From Candidatus Delongbacteria bacterium (GTDB lineage Bacteria > CAIWAD01): a stretch of DNA of 64,000 bases. Below, in pieces: positions 18,578 to 28,757 of the stretch. Under the pieces are notes generated by a model that was not told the origin of the DNA, did no database searches, and saw only the letters and a program-made list of their open reading frames with translations. Both the position numbers and the translations under genes were made by a program. Within the stretch, counting starts at the first letter, position 1. The number at the start of each line of letters is the position of its first letter. The stretch lies in assembly GCA_963663545.1 (NCBI GenBank), contig OY760505.1:1477937-1541936 (forward strand), read 5' to 3'.

Positions 18578-20731
18578 TTACTTGACCAACACCATTTTGT
18601 GCAGGCTTGTGTACTCGCCAGCATGAATGCGATAGAAGTACATACCACTGGCCAGTGCGCTGGCATCCATCACTACCTCGTAGCGACCAGCTGCCTGGTT
18701 CTGATTGACCAGAGTAAGAACCTCAGCACCCAGCACATTGTAGACCTTCAGGCTTACATCGCTTGCCGTGGGCAGCGTGTAGGCAATGGTTGTCGTCGGG
18801 TTGAAGGGGTTCGGATAGTTCTGCTCAAGGCTGAACTCGGCAGGAACCGTTGCGTCAGCAACGCCGACACACACCGGTCCATCCACGTAGGTGTACTCGG
18901 AAACGTTGTTATGCACGTCTACAGCGGCGATTTCATATTCAAAGTGGTCGCCGGTATCACATACTAACTCATTCCAATCAGCACTGTGGGTGAAATCGGT
19001 ACTGCTACCTGCGTAGACAACCTCGCCATCACCGGCACCATTCAAACGGGCTCTGACAACGTAGTGATCAAAATCAACCGCGGTGCAGGCATCCCAAGCA
19101 ACATCTGTCAGCAAGTGATCCGGATTCTCGCCGGTTCCCCACAGCTCTTCCCAGGTCGGAGAATAGTCAAACTGTTCAGCTGAAGTGAAGCTCGTGACAG
19201 CAGCAGGTGCCAGGTTGTCAACCGACCAACCCTCGTAAACACCCGAGTAGGCAATCATGGCCATGTAGTGAGTGGTTACGTAGAAGCTGGTGATTCCCGG
19301 GTTGTCCACGTCGACAGAGTCAACAATGGTCGGGACTTGGACGAAATAGTTGTCCATGCCGCCAGTGGCCAGAATGGAGTTCACGAAGACCGGAATCTCG
19401 CCGTCCATGCGCCAAATACCATAGGCACTAATGGGATTGATGGCCGACCCATCATTCGGTGAGGGAGCTACTTCAATATAGACGCAACCACCCTGATCGT
19501 TGGGAATATCATAGACGCCAGCGATCTCGGCGGACAGCAGAACGTTGTGCTGATCAAAGGGCAGGGCGCCGATATCCTTGGGAGTTCCATCGGGATCGTC
19601 GTCAACCGAAATGATGGACACGTCGATCAGGCAGCTGATCTCTTCGGGATCCTCAACACTCCAGAAGGAGATGTTGTAGTCATGATTCTCGCGATCAACA
19701 AATCCCGGGTCGCAAGTGTAGGCAACAGCACCGGGATCCAAACCGTCTAGCGGATAGAAAGCCGAATACTGCATCGTGGAAATTTCGTCATCCACGGATA
19801 CGAAGCTACCATAGGCAAAGAGGGTGTAGTATCCACCAACGGCACAGCCTGTGGCGATGTAGGCATTCTGGCCTTCGCCATCGGCGGTATTGTCGACAAA
19901 GGTGCAGGAATGCATCATGGCCGTGCCGCCAATGACATTGATTCCACCACCATTACCCGTGGTGTGGTTGTCGTACACCAAGCAGTAGCGCATAATGACA
20001 TGATTGGCAACATTCACTGCACTCGCACCTTCTACTCCCGTGATAATCGCGTGGTTGATATAACCATCGCCTGTCTCGGAGAGCTCGATACCCAGCCAGT
20101 CCATGCCGCCGAAGTGGACTTTGGAGTCCATCTCGCCGTTGACTTCGATATCACCATTCACAATGATCTTGTAAGCGCCAGTAGAATAGACGTGGATACC
20201 GGGATCGATAACCAGAGTCTCGCCTTCGGGAACGATGAAGTCTTCTGTCAAAGCGACCTCGCCGTCAACAATGGCCGGGTTGTCCCATGTCCACTCATAT
20301 CCATAGCTCACCGGTACGCAGCCATCTCCGGGGGGGACCTCAACTGTCGGACCGGGCATGGGGATACCATCTACGTACCAGAAGGTCTCGGGCTCAAAAG
20401 TCCCGACCATGTGATACGCAAAACCAGGTCCCTCGAAATCAACGGTGAGCGAATCGAAATAGAAAAAGGACATAGCGTTATCCTGAGCCAACTTGAACCG
20501 GAACACCGGGGGATAGCCACCAATACCAATGTACTCGGCATCGTAGACCGCAGTGACTCCCGTTAGGTACTGACTGAGATAGGCGGTTGATGTCACCGGT
20601 GCACATGTCTCACCGTTCCAACACTCAACACCTGTCTCCATTCCATCGACAGGTACGTACCATAGGACTTCAGCGCTGGCAACGCTAAAGCCTATCAAGG
20701 CCGCACAAAGGATTCCAAGGATCTTCTTCAT
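18578..20731 (-). CDS. T9SS-secreted protein with a parallel beta-helix domain and a type-A C-terminal sorting domain
   Basis: Signal peptide, beta-helix repeats (NHTTGNGGGINVIGG...), and a C-terminal NYPNPFNPTTTI...YFYR Por secretion tail. Confidence 0.75.
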   Translation of the reverse strand: MKKILGILCAALIGFSVASAEVLWYVPVDGMETGVECWNGETCAPVTSTAYLSQYLTGVTAVYDAEYIGIGGYPPVFRFKLAQDNAMSFFYFDSLTVDFEGPGFAYHMVGTFEPETFWYVDGIPMPGPTVEVPPGDGCVPVSYGYEWTWDNPAIVDGEVALTEDFIVPEGETLVIDPGIHVYSTGAYKIIVNGDIEVNGEMDSKVHFGGMDWLGIELSETGDGYINHAIITGVEGASAVNVANHVIMRYCLVYDNHTTGNGGGINVIGGTAMMHSCTFVDNTADGEGQNAYIATGCAVGGYYTLFAYGSFVSVDDEISTMQYSAFYPLDGLDPGAVAYTCDPGFVDRENHDYNISFWSVEDPEEISCLIDVSIISVDDDPDGTPKDIGALPFDQHNVLLSAEIAGVYDIPNDQGGCVYIEVAPSPNDGSAINPISAYGIWRMDGEIPVFVNSILATGGMDNYFVQVPTIVDSVDVDNPGITSFYVTTHYMAMIAYSGVYEGWSVDNLAPAAVTSFTSAEQFDYSPTWEELWGTGENPDHLLTDVAWDACTAVDFDHYVVRARLNGAGDGEVVYAGSSTDFTHSADWNELVCDTGDHFEYEIAAVDVHNNVSEYTYVDGPVCVGVADATVPAEFSLEQNYPNPFNPTTTIAYTLPTASDVSLKVYNVLGAEVLTLVNQNQAAGRYEVVMDASALASGMYFYRIHAGEYTSLHKMVLVK

Positions 20732-20763
20732 GTTTGTCTCCAATACTCCGATGTCTTGCTGTT

Positions 20764-21336
20764 TCAACGCACAGGCAGGGGTTTCCAGTCGCTGAAGCTC
20801 ACCATATCGCCGTTGACACTGTTAAACCCTGGCTGGCATTCCCATAGCTGTGAATCAGTGTAATACGTCGCCAATTCTGGATCATCGTTGTTGAATACAC
20901 GGACAATCACATTCTCCCAGACCTGAACCCGGTTATCCGTGGGCACTGTTTTCTCCATGCGAACCGTAGCCAAGATATCAATCAGGCCTGGCATCGAATT
21001 GAGATAGCTCTTGTGCCGTCCCGTGTTGTAGAACTCATTACGTTCTTGGACGACGTCGTCGCCATCTGTGGCAAAAGGCAAATCCACCTCGCCATTCACG
21101 ATAATGAGTTCAAGATAGCGACCCGTCAAGGGAGCACCGGTCTCCGGGTCGTTTAGGTAGATCTCCCCGAACTGGCACAGACCATCAAATCCCGGCGAAG
21201 ATTTTGGTGTGCTGACAGCGACCTCTTCGGCTTGCTCACCAACTTCCGGTGCTTTCGTCTCCTGACAAAAGCAAAAGGACGCCAACGCCAAGCTTGCCAT
21301 GAGGAACGCTGCTGAGAATTTGTTTTGCGGACTCAT
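20764..21336 (-). CDS. Hypothetical secreted protein
   Basis: ORF with a signal peptide (MSPQNKFSAAFLMASLALASF); its stop lies 4 nt from the start of the downstream gene. Confidence 0.5.
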   Translation of the reverse strand: MSPQNKFSAAFLMASLALASFCFCQETKAPEVGEQAEEVAVSTPKSSPGFDGLCQFGEIYLNDPETGAPLTGRYLELIIVNGEVDLPFATDGDDVVQERNEFYNTGRHKSYLNSMPGLIDILATVRMEKTVPTDNRVQVWENVIVRVFNNDDPELATYYTDSQLWECQPGFNSVNGDMVSFSDWKPLPVR

Positions 21337-21514
21337 TGAATTGCTGCCAATCAATTGTGGAGTACAACCGCTGAGTTTAGCATTCTGCCAAGTACCGCAC
21401 AATAGCTCAAGCCTTCACCGGAGAAGTCCTGCTTGGTTTCACTTGACCATACGGGGGGAGGAGACAAGAATATCCAGCTATTACGGGCCTCGCTACTGGT
21501 GAGCACATGTGGGT

Positions 21515-21552
21515 GGATACAACAAAGACCGCCCGACTAGGTCGGGCGGTCT
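21515..21552 (-). terminator. Rho-independent terminator (12-bp perfect stem)
   Basis: AGACCGCCCGAC-tag-GTCGGGCGGTCT hairpin immediately downstream of the ORF ending at 21584. Confidence 0.6.
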
Positions 21553-21583
21553 CGTATTCACAATTCAGATGCCGTCTCGATCG

Positions 21584-22276
21584 TTACTTGATCAGAGCCA
21601 TCTTCTTGGTAGCAGTGAAGCCCTCGGCCTCGATGCTGTACAGATACATGCCGCTGGAAAGAGCGGAGGCATCAAAGGTAACCTGGTGCGCGCCGCGCTC
21701 CATGTTGCCATTCACCAGTGTCGCCACTTCCTGACCGGCCAGGTTGTAGACCTTCAAAGTGGTCATACCAGCATTCTCCAAGGAGAACTCGATGGTCGTG
21801 GTCGGGTTGAAGGGGTTCGGATAGGCGTCGGCCAATGCGAACTCGACGGGCTGCTCAACGACACCGGCGGTACCACCGCACGTTCCCAGGGGCTCGAACA
21901 GCAGGTCGGGACCCACGGGCGGTGTCTCGGGATTATTCGACCAATCATAGGGAACGGGCAGCACATACTCACCTACCAGGGGCTCAGTCGCATCCGGGCA
22001 ATAGGCAGTCAGGGTACCGCTAATGATGCTACCCATGTTATAGGCAGCCTCATGAGACATGTCGAAGCAATAGATGTCAGCAGCGTTGACGAAGGTCAGC
22101 GTGGTGGCAACATCAAAGTCGAACATGCCGAGGACGTTCAGGTGCAGCAGCAGGTCAACGTTCTCGTTCGGAATCTCGTCCGGAATGGCCGAACCGGGGA
22201 CGAACACGCGCGTATCAGCAGCCATCACCATGGTGCTCAGGCTCAGGATAGCAGCAGAAATCAGAAGCTTTTTCAT
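21584..22276 (-). CDS. Small secreted protein with a T9SS type-A C-terminal sorting domain
   Basis: Signal peptide; C-terminal YPNPFNPTTTIEFS...MYLYSIEAEGFTATKKMALIK. Confidence 0.75.
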   Translation of the reverse strand: MKKLLISAAILSLSTMVMAADTRVFVPGSAIPDEIPNENVDLLLHLNVLGMFDFDVATTLTFVNAADIYCFDMSHEAAYNMGSIISGTLTAYCPDATEPLVGEYVLPVPYDWSNNPETPPVGPDLLFEPLGTCGGTAGVVEQPVEFALADAYPNPFNPTTTIEFSLENAGMTTLKVYNLAGQEVATLVNGNMERGAHQVTFDASALSSGMYLYSIEAEGFTATKKMALIK

Positions 22277-22309
22277 TGGATTTCTCCTTCGGAATTATGT
22301 CTTAGGGTT

Positions 22310-22984
22310 TTAGTTGATCGTACGGACTTTGGCGCGGCTGACCTTCTTGACCTGAACGGGGGCGACGGCCACCGGGGCACCACCAATGGTGTACTCCCAA
22401 ACGTGCTCAGTCGCGGCCTTGATCAGATAAGCTTCACCGGCAAGAAAATCGACAGCGTACACACCAGCGGTCTTTGTGAAGGGGCTCCAGCCACCCGTCT
22501 CCCAAGCAAAGATCTTGTCGCCATCAGCCAATCCCAGACCCAGATCATCGGTGTCCAGATCGATATCCATCGGCAGTGGGTTACCCCAAGCAGCGATACC
22601 AGCCGGGATTGTACCCATGGCAACCGTGGTGCCTTCCGGAATGACATCACCAGCAATCACGAGGCTCTGGTTGCTACCGCTTGTATTATTGTACAGGCAA
22701 GCAACGCCCGGCTCAAAGGTGAGGGTACTCCAGTTCGAGTAAGGATACTGCGACCAGCCGCCGTTCTCCCACTTGTAGATCTTGTCGCCGGCGGAACCCT
22801 GGCCACTGATGTAATCCAGAGCATTCACGGACGGACCTGCACCGATCGGGCAGGGGGCGAAGGTGCTGAAACCGGCTTCCAGAGTCTGGCTGATGAAGCC
22901 AACGGTGTTAGAAGGATCGGACTCGATAGCGAAAGCCGCTACCGCAAACACGCTCGTCAAAGCAACTGCAAGAATCTTCTTCAT
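22310..22984 (-). CDS. Hypothetical secreted protein with an internal tandem repeat
   Basis: Signal peptide; the repeats GDKIYKWENGGWSQYPYSNWS and GDKIFAWETGGWSPFTKTAG. Confidence 0.55.
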   Translation of the reverse strand: MKKILAVALTSVFAVAAFAIESDPSNTVGFISQTLEAGFSTFAPCPIGAGPSVNALDYISGQGSAGDKIYKWENGGWSQYPYSNWSTLTFEPGVACLYNNTSGSNQSLVIAGDVIPEGTTVAMGTIPAGIAAWGNPLPMDIDLDTDDLGLGLADGDKIFAWETGGWSPFTKTAGVYAVDFLAGEAYLIKAATEHVWEYTIGGAPVAVAPVQVKKVSRAKVRTIN

Positions 22985-23269
22985 TTCTCTTCTCCTTTTT
23001 CGCGCAACCGCGAGTCTATCGGAATCTGTCTAATTTCAATTCGTAGGTCAGCTCACGCTGACGTAACCGGAATTGCAACCAACATGCCAGAATTCCAAAT
23101 AGAACTCGACAGGCCCGAAACCGGGGGCAAGAATAGCACTGTTCCTCATTAGAATCAACAGATTAGTAATCATTTATGCCAATTCTCCAGATCATCCCTC
23201 ACTGACAAAGCTGAAAATATCGCAGCGAAAGCAGCTGAAATGTGACCTGGATCCCAAAAAAGGTGTGAC

Positions 23270-24391
23270 TCAAAACTCCTTGTGTGACTGCAGAGTCACG
23301 CGACTAGGGCTACACAGAGTCACATCGGACGAATCGCCAGCCAAAGCCGACACTAGCCAGGAAGCCAAACCCCAGGCAAGTCCCAGATTGGATTCCTGAA
23401 AAGCAGTCAGCAGCCAGCACTTCGAGTTAAGCTCACGCCGCCCGACGAGCGGAAGGCTGTCCACGGCCAAAGAAACAGCCAGGCTCCACGCTGCCTGTTG
23501 AAGAACGCCTTGCATTCTGGGCAAGCGCTGACTAAGTGCCTCCAGCGGTTGTCCCGACCCCTCCATCGGCCCACTTACCAGTACCTCGCCCCGGCCCCCT
23601 TGTCGACAGCTCAGACCCAGCGACAGCAAGTGCATCCCCATCGGATACATCTTATGCACGCGTTCACTCTGATTGATCTGGATCTGCACTCGTGGCAAAG
23701 CAGATTCATCGCCATGTTCCCGTGCATCCACCCAGTTTTGCGCTGCAAGCCTTTTCCCCACGCGGGAGGTAAACTCGCCGTCCGCGTGTGGGGCCCACAG
23801 GTCCTCACCAACAAGTCCGCCTCGGTCGCAAAACTCGTCAAGGAGCGCATACCACAAATAGCCAGGGTCTACAGCAGAGTCGTCCGCGATGTAAAGGGCA
23901 TTGTCAAGTGAACACTGCCCCATGCGCTTCTGAAGCTGGTCTGCATCCCAAAACTGCGCCCGACACCCATCGCCATTCAGCCGCGAAGCACTGCGCTCAA
24001 GATCTGCGGCCTCTGCCTCCGAGCATAGTGTCAGGCTGCCTGTGCGAAACCATCCAAGGTCATGCGGCATAGTGACGACCTTGTCATTCAACGCCTGCAG
24101 CGATTCACGGCCCAATTGACAAACATTGCGCACGAACTCGCGGCCATAGGTGACTGCTGCTTTTTCGTAATTGTACCAAGGGACTTGCCGTAGTAACCCA
24201 AGCCCTTGCAAGCTTGGTTCTTCAGACAATGGCCCCGTAGGCAAAAGAGCAACATGCAGTCCGCGCTCCTGTGCCTGAACAGCAACCATCAATGCCGGCA
24301 AACCTAGCCCGAGAATCGCGACATCCACAGAAGTGGGAAGCGGTGTGGATGCGGGCAGCGGAAGCTCGTCAAGCCAGGGACATCCAGCCAT
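23270..24391 (-). CDS. FAD-dependent oxidoreductase (DAO-like); start uncertain
   Basis: Rossmann motif VDVAILGLGLPALMVAVQAQERG; 370-390 aa. Confidence 0.5.
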   Translation of the reverse strand: MAGCPWLDELPLPASTPLPTSVDVAILGLGLPALMVAVQAQERGLHVALLPTGPLSEEPSLQGLGLLRQVPWYNYEKAAVTYGREFVRNVCQLGRESLQALNDKVVTMPHDLGWFRTGSLTLCSEAEAADLERSASRLNGDGCRAQFWDADQLQKRMGQCSLDNALYIADDSAVDPGYLWYALLDEFCDRGGLVGEDLWAPHADGEFTSRVGKRLAAQNWVDAREHGDESALPRVQIQINQSERVHKMYPMGMHLLSLGLSCRQGGRGEVLVSGPMEGSGQPLEALSQRLPRMQGVLQQAAWSLAVSLAVDSLPLVGRRELNSKCWLLTAFQESNLGLAWGLASWLVSALAGDSSDVTLCSPSRVTLQSHKEF

Positions 24392-24392
24392 C

Positions 24393-26621
24393 TCAAAACT
24401 CCACATCAATGAACAAGGGCCGAATTCTGCATCCCGTGGTATCAAGCACAGCCGGGTCGAAGTTCACGCGTACCGTATCAGCAAGTTCACTGCGACCATC
24501 GTCCCGGTTACAAAACCCCCATGTGAAAAGCAGCATCAGATCGTGCAGCAGATCAAGGTCCTCCTGGGGCATGCCCACACCCTCTGGATTCAGATAAACA
24601 TCCATCAGCCCACCATCGGGGGCGAGGATCACCCGGGCATCAAGATGCTGGTCGCCCGGGTTGCCCACGGCCAATCCGTATTCCTTGATCAAGAGGGCGA
24701 TATCGGGCAAGGCTTCCACGTAGCTACTGCCTTCAGGAATCTGCAACGCGAGCAGTGTTTCTACGAAATACTCCGGCCCAAGGTGCTCCTTGCGCGCTTT
24801 CTGCTTCCCCTTTTGGTCAAAGCGAAGATGCTGCACCAACAAATAGCAATAGCCAGCCGGTAAGGAAGCGTCCCCACTGAGATCCTGCTCAAGCTTCTCC
24901 ACAATAGATAAAGCATGTCGCCCGAATTCGTATTCTTCAGGCGACTCCCACAGAGTTTCGCCGTGACTGATATGCCCGTCGGCATGGAGGCGGTACGACA
25001 CAATTGTCTCACCCTCCCAGTGGAAGCGACGCGCGCGCATGGGGAAGGACATTCGCTTCAACAGAGTTTTCACATCCGAAATCAATCCTGGTCTGGGAGC
25101 CTGGGCGAGCAAAGTATCGAGGCCGCCGCCAAGCTCGGATTCACCCAAATACCACTTGCGGCCCTGGGTCTGCTCAGGCGTGAAACTCAAACGTTGAAGG
25201 ATGCGCGATGGGACAATGTGCTCCTCCACGAAGCCCGGCGTGAAGCTCATTCCGTGAATCACTTCAAGAGCGTTGGATTCAAGCCCCATGCTCTGCGGAA
25301 TGACCGAGAGCACCGTTGCCTCCTCAAATCCACCGCGCGGATCAAGATCTACCGCCACTACGGCCTGACCGGACACACCGAGGCTCTTGCCGCGGAAAAA
25401 GCTTCCGATCAATTGTCGCATGCGCGTCGCCGACTCGGAGCTCCGCGGAGGCGTGTCAATGACGCTATACAAGTACCGTGGCCCCTTGTCTACCAGCGAA
25501 TCAGCGTAAACGGCAAGCGTGTCCAGTTCTTCGGCGTCCGCCAGCAGTACCAACTCGGCCTCGGAAGCGATAGGCGCATCCACACCAAACAAATCATGCT
25601 CCAGGCGCCAAGGAAGCTCCACCTCTCCCGGCACCCAGGCCGCCAGTAGTCCCCATGATCCCGCCATTACAACCTGATTACCGCGCTTAATGGCCGAGGT
25701 TAAAGACGTATAGCGATCCAGACGAACAACCGGAGCCTCCTGCTCAAGGCCACCTGCCTCGGAAAGCCAGCAAACACGACCAGCACTTCCACCCAGGAGC
25801 CAACCCGACTCTCCCGGTGTATCACAGGGAATCACAAAATGGCCATCGCCCCATGGCGATTTCGCCACCGGACGCCAGTGATCCGCTTCCCACATTTCTA
25901 TTTCGCCATCGCTTGTCAAGAGACAGACACGTCCATTGTCAATGGCAAGGTCTTCAATCGGAGTGCGATTCTTACGCAGCAGCACTTGCCACTCGGATCC
26001 CTGGTTGTGTGACACAAATACAAATCCACCGCTTCCCGCGATGTAACACGTATCGCCCGTGATTGCGGCACAGTGATACCGCATGGGAAGGGGGGCTTCA
26101 AGGAGCTCCCAACTCGCACCGTGGTCAACGCTGCGAGCCAGCAACCCTTCTCCGCCGCATAGCAACCCGTAGGATTCCCCGAAGACGAGATCCTCAATGG
26201 AGGACGGACGCCCTACCTGGAGCTGTACCAAGCTATCTGCCTGAACACGGAATACATACCCGGAGTCACTTCCACACAAGATGCGCTTGTTGGTGAGGGC
26301 GATGCAGTTCATCGGCAAAGCCCATTTACTCCGAATCTTGTGCCAGCTTGTATCACAATCAGACCACGCTACCAGGCCTGAATCTCCACAGGCCCAGAGC
26401 CGCGGGCTATCCAAGACCAGTCCATTAATCTGCAGTCCACCCACCGGCGGCAGTACATTGTCCAAGGTGATTGGCGGAAGCTCAACAACCATGCTATCGG
26501 CAGCTGTACTGTCTGACGGGCTTGGTGCATCCTCGCCAGGATCCGACCAACAGGGAAGTGTCACTGCAACCACAAGAACGAGCAGCAACCAACCGTGTAT
26601 TCGATTTGTGATTTTGTGCAT
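24393..26621 (-). CDS. Large secreted BNR/Asp-box (Ycf48-like beta-propeller) repeat protein
   Basis: Signal peptide and SxDxGxxW-like motifs (SVDHGASWE, SHNQGSEWQ); 742 aa. Confidence 0.55.
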   Translation of the reverse strand: MHKITNRIHGWLLLVLVVAVTLPCWSDPGEDAPSPSDSTAADSMVVELPPITLDNVLPPVGGLQINGLVLDSPRLWACGDSGLVAWSDCDTSWHKIRSKWALPMNCIALTNKRILCGSDSGYVFRVQADSLVQLQVGRPSSIEDLVFGESYGLLCGGEGLLARSVDHGASWELLEAPLPMRYHCAAITGDTCYIAGSGGFVFVSHNQGSEWQVLLRKNRTPIEDLAIDNGRVCLLTSDGEIEMWEADHWRPVAKSPWGDGHFVIPCDTPGESGWLLGGSAGRVCWLSEAGGLEQEAPVVRLDRYTSLTSAIKRGNQVVMAGSWGLLAAWVPGEVELPWRLEHDLFGVDAPIASEAELVLLADAEELDTLAVYADSLVDKGPRYLYSVIDTPPRSSESATRMRQLIGSFFRGKSLGVSGQAVVAVDLDPRGGFEEATVLSVIPQSMGLESNALEVIHGMSFTPGFVEEHIVPSRILQRLSFTPEQTQGRKWYLGESELGGGLDTLLAQAPRPGLISDVKTLLKRMSFPMRARRFHWEGETIVSYRLHADGHISHGETLWESPEEYEFGRHALSIVEKLEQDLSGDASLPAGYCYLLVQHLRFDQKGKQKARKEHLGPEYFVETLLALQIPEGSSYVEALPDIALLIKEYGLAVGNPGDQHLDARVILAPDGGLMDVYLNPEGVGMPQEDLDLLHDLMLLFTWGFCNRDDGRSELADTVRVNFDPAVLDTTGCRIRPLFIDVEF

Positions 26622-26626
26622 TGTTC

Positions 26627-27916
26627 TCAGAAAACTTGCCCCTGTGATACGTGGAAAACCGCGCCCTTGCCAGGAGTCCAGGCGAGGTCCAAACTCACCA
26701 CCTGCACAAAGGGCGCAAACACGCGCAACCCGATACCGAAACCACCGGCGGAAAGGGTACGGCCACTGTATGTATCACGCCAAATCGTACCACCATCAGC
26801 GAAAAGGACAATACCCAAACCGACATCGATATGGTTAAAGTATACGCGCCGCTCAACAAAAGGGAAACGCAGCTCCAGGCTTCCATGAGCTAGGCTTTTA
26901 CCGGACCAGTCGCCGGAAGCACCTGCGCGGACACTCTCCTTTCCGCCAAGGTAACGCATCTGATACTCAGCGGTGCGGCCGTAGGTGCAAGCTGAAGCCA
27001 GTCGCCCTGCAAACACCAGATCCGGCAAACGTGGTAAGGTCCGGTAGGTGGCCAAGCTAGCGCCTGCACTGACACCTTCCGGTTGATGCGCGCCACCACC
27101 GCTAAAACCACCAAACGCAAATTCACAATTCGCACCGCGATGCGGATCGGCGTAATAATCCGTTGTATTACAGATCAATGAAAACCCGCCACTGCCATAG
27201 ACATCCAGTCCACTCGGGTTGACCGTACGCCGCTCTATTGTGTCATCGTCAGTGATACGAACCTCACGCCAGGACACGACCGCGCGTGTCTTTCGTGTTC
27301 GCGTGATACGGTGTTCGTGTTCGATTTTAACAAGATGCGTCAGGTAGGAGTAGCTATCGTCATCACTGTCCTGCTCCTTGCGCTGGAGCTCGAAATAGAC
27401 AGGATCAGGCCTTCCACCAAACCACGGATCACGGTAGATGAGGCTGTAACTGTCAACATCACCCGTTACGGCTTCAATGAAGAGCTGCCTCCCCATGCCG
27501 CCCAGGTTGACATGAAGCATCCCCGCACCATAGCTCGTGCTAAGATTGTCGCCGAAATCCAGCACAGGATAAACCATGTATCGCGGACGTTCGCTGACTG
27601 CGTAGCTGATGTCAACTTCGTGATGCACACTGTCAGGTGATACAGAGACGACCATTCGCGCAAAGAGCTCGGTGTTCTTGACGTGGTTCGCATCCTCAGC
27701 AAGCAGGCTGTCCGAGTATGCCGATCCCTCGCGCAACTCCAACTCGCGAAGGATCACGTCCGGCTTGGTGTGTCTAAGACCGATTGTTGCAATACGTGAT
27801 ACACGCCAACCCGTCCAATCCATTGCAGCGAGACTGTCCGAACCGGCACCAGACGCGGTCGCGCCGTGCGCAAAAAGGGGGAGAAATAGCAGCCAGAGAA
27901 GGCTACACGTCTTCAC
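26627..27916 (-). CDS. Omp85-family outer membrane protein (single POTRA plus beta-barrel, BamA/TamA/TpsB-like)
   Basis: POTRA-like GLRHTKPDVILRELELREGSAYSD and a C-terminal barrel with terminal aromatic residues. GTG start 27914-27916, 2 nt after the punA stop. Confidence 0.6.
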   Translation of the reverse strand: MKTCSLLWLLFLPLFAHGATASGAGSDSLAAMDWTGWRVSRIATIGLRHTKPDVILRELELREGSAYSDSLLAEDANHVKNTELFARMVVSVSPDSVHHEVDISYAVSERPRYMVYPVLDFGDNLSTSYGAGMLHVNLGGMGRQLFIEAVTGDVDSYSLIYRDPWFGGRPDPVYFELQRKEQDSDDDSYSYLTHLVKIEHEHRITRTRKTRAVVSWREVRITDDDTIERRTVNPSGLDVYGSGGFSLICNTTDYYADPHRGANCEFAFGGFSGGGAHQPEGVSAGASLATYRTLPRLPDLVFAGRLASACTYGRTAEYQMRYLGGKESVRAGASGDWSGKSLAHGSLELRFPFVERRVYFNHIDVGLGIVLFADGGTIWRDTYSGRTLSAGGFGIGLRVFAPFVQVVSLDLAWTPGKGAVFHVSQGQVF

Positions 27917-27917
27917 A

Positions 27918-28745
27918 TCAGCACCTGCGCAACACTTCCACAACAAGCGTCCGGAACACGCCACGTGCTCTTTCCGCTACTTCGGTGACTTCGCTGTGAT
28001 CCAACTGCTGGGCTGAAATTCCGGCAGCGTAGTTTGTAACACAACTGATCGGAACGGCGCACAAGCCGATATGACGTGCAGCAATCAGCTCCGGAATTGT
28101 GCTCATACCGACGATGTCTGCACCGATCCTGCCAAGCGTTCGGATCTCGGCAGGCGTTTCGTAGCTGGGACCCGTGACTCCACCCATTACCCCAACACGT
28201 AATGGAGTGGCCAGGTCACGAGCTGCATCCCGCACAATGGATGCCATTTCAGAACAAACAGAGGCAGACATATCAGGGAAACGAGGGCCCATTTCTGGAT
28301 CGTTGGGACCGCGCAGCGGATTACGAAACATGAGATTGATCTGATCCTCGACGAGCACCAGATCACCTGGGTGATACAAACGATTGATTGATCCGACAGC
28401 GTTTGTAAGTAACAGGTGTGTCACTCCCAACGCGGCCATCAACCGAACGGGGAACACGACCTGCTCCTGACTGTAGCCCTCATAGCCGTGTACTCGACCC
28501 TTAAGCGCCAACACAGGAACACCATCCAGCTCCCCCGCCACCAGACGCCCGGCATGGCCAACAACTGTCGAAGGTGGAAATCCCGGGATCTCTTCAGTAG
28601 CGACATCCCGGGCCGAAGTCATTCCATCCACCAGCACACCAAGACCGCTGCCAAGCACAATTCCACGCTGCGGGATTTCGCCCAGTCGATCGCGCACCCA
28701 CTTAGCAGCCTGTGTCACATTCTCCGGAAGACGTACCGAGGTCAT
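27918..28745 (-). CDS. punA: Purine nucleoside phosphorylase (PNP/MTAP family)
   Basis: GSGLG phosphate-binding motif, VGMSTIPE, PNP family fold. Confidence 0.8.
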   Translation of the reverse strand: MTSVRLPENVTQAAKWVRDRLGEIPQRGIVLGSGLGVLVDGMTSARDVATEEIPGFPPSTVVGHAGRLVAGELDGVPVLALKGRVHGYEGYSQEQVVFPVRLMAALGVTHLLLTNAVGSINRLYHPGDLVLVEDQINLMFRNPLRGPNDPEMGPRFPDMSASVCSEMASIVRDAARDLATPLRVGVMGGVTGPSYETPAEIRTLGRIGADIVGMSTIPELIAARHIGLCAVPISCVTNYAAGISAQQLDHSEVTEVAERARGVFRTLVVEVLRRC

Positions 28746-28757
28746 TCCTACTCCGTG

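Noticed and set aside
21509-23152. 547-aa ORF on the plus strand
   Set aside because: It is antisense to three well-supported minus-strand secreted-protein genes. Its composition is typical of GC-rich antisense frames (rich in G, R, H, V), and it has no signal or motif.
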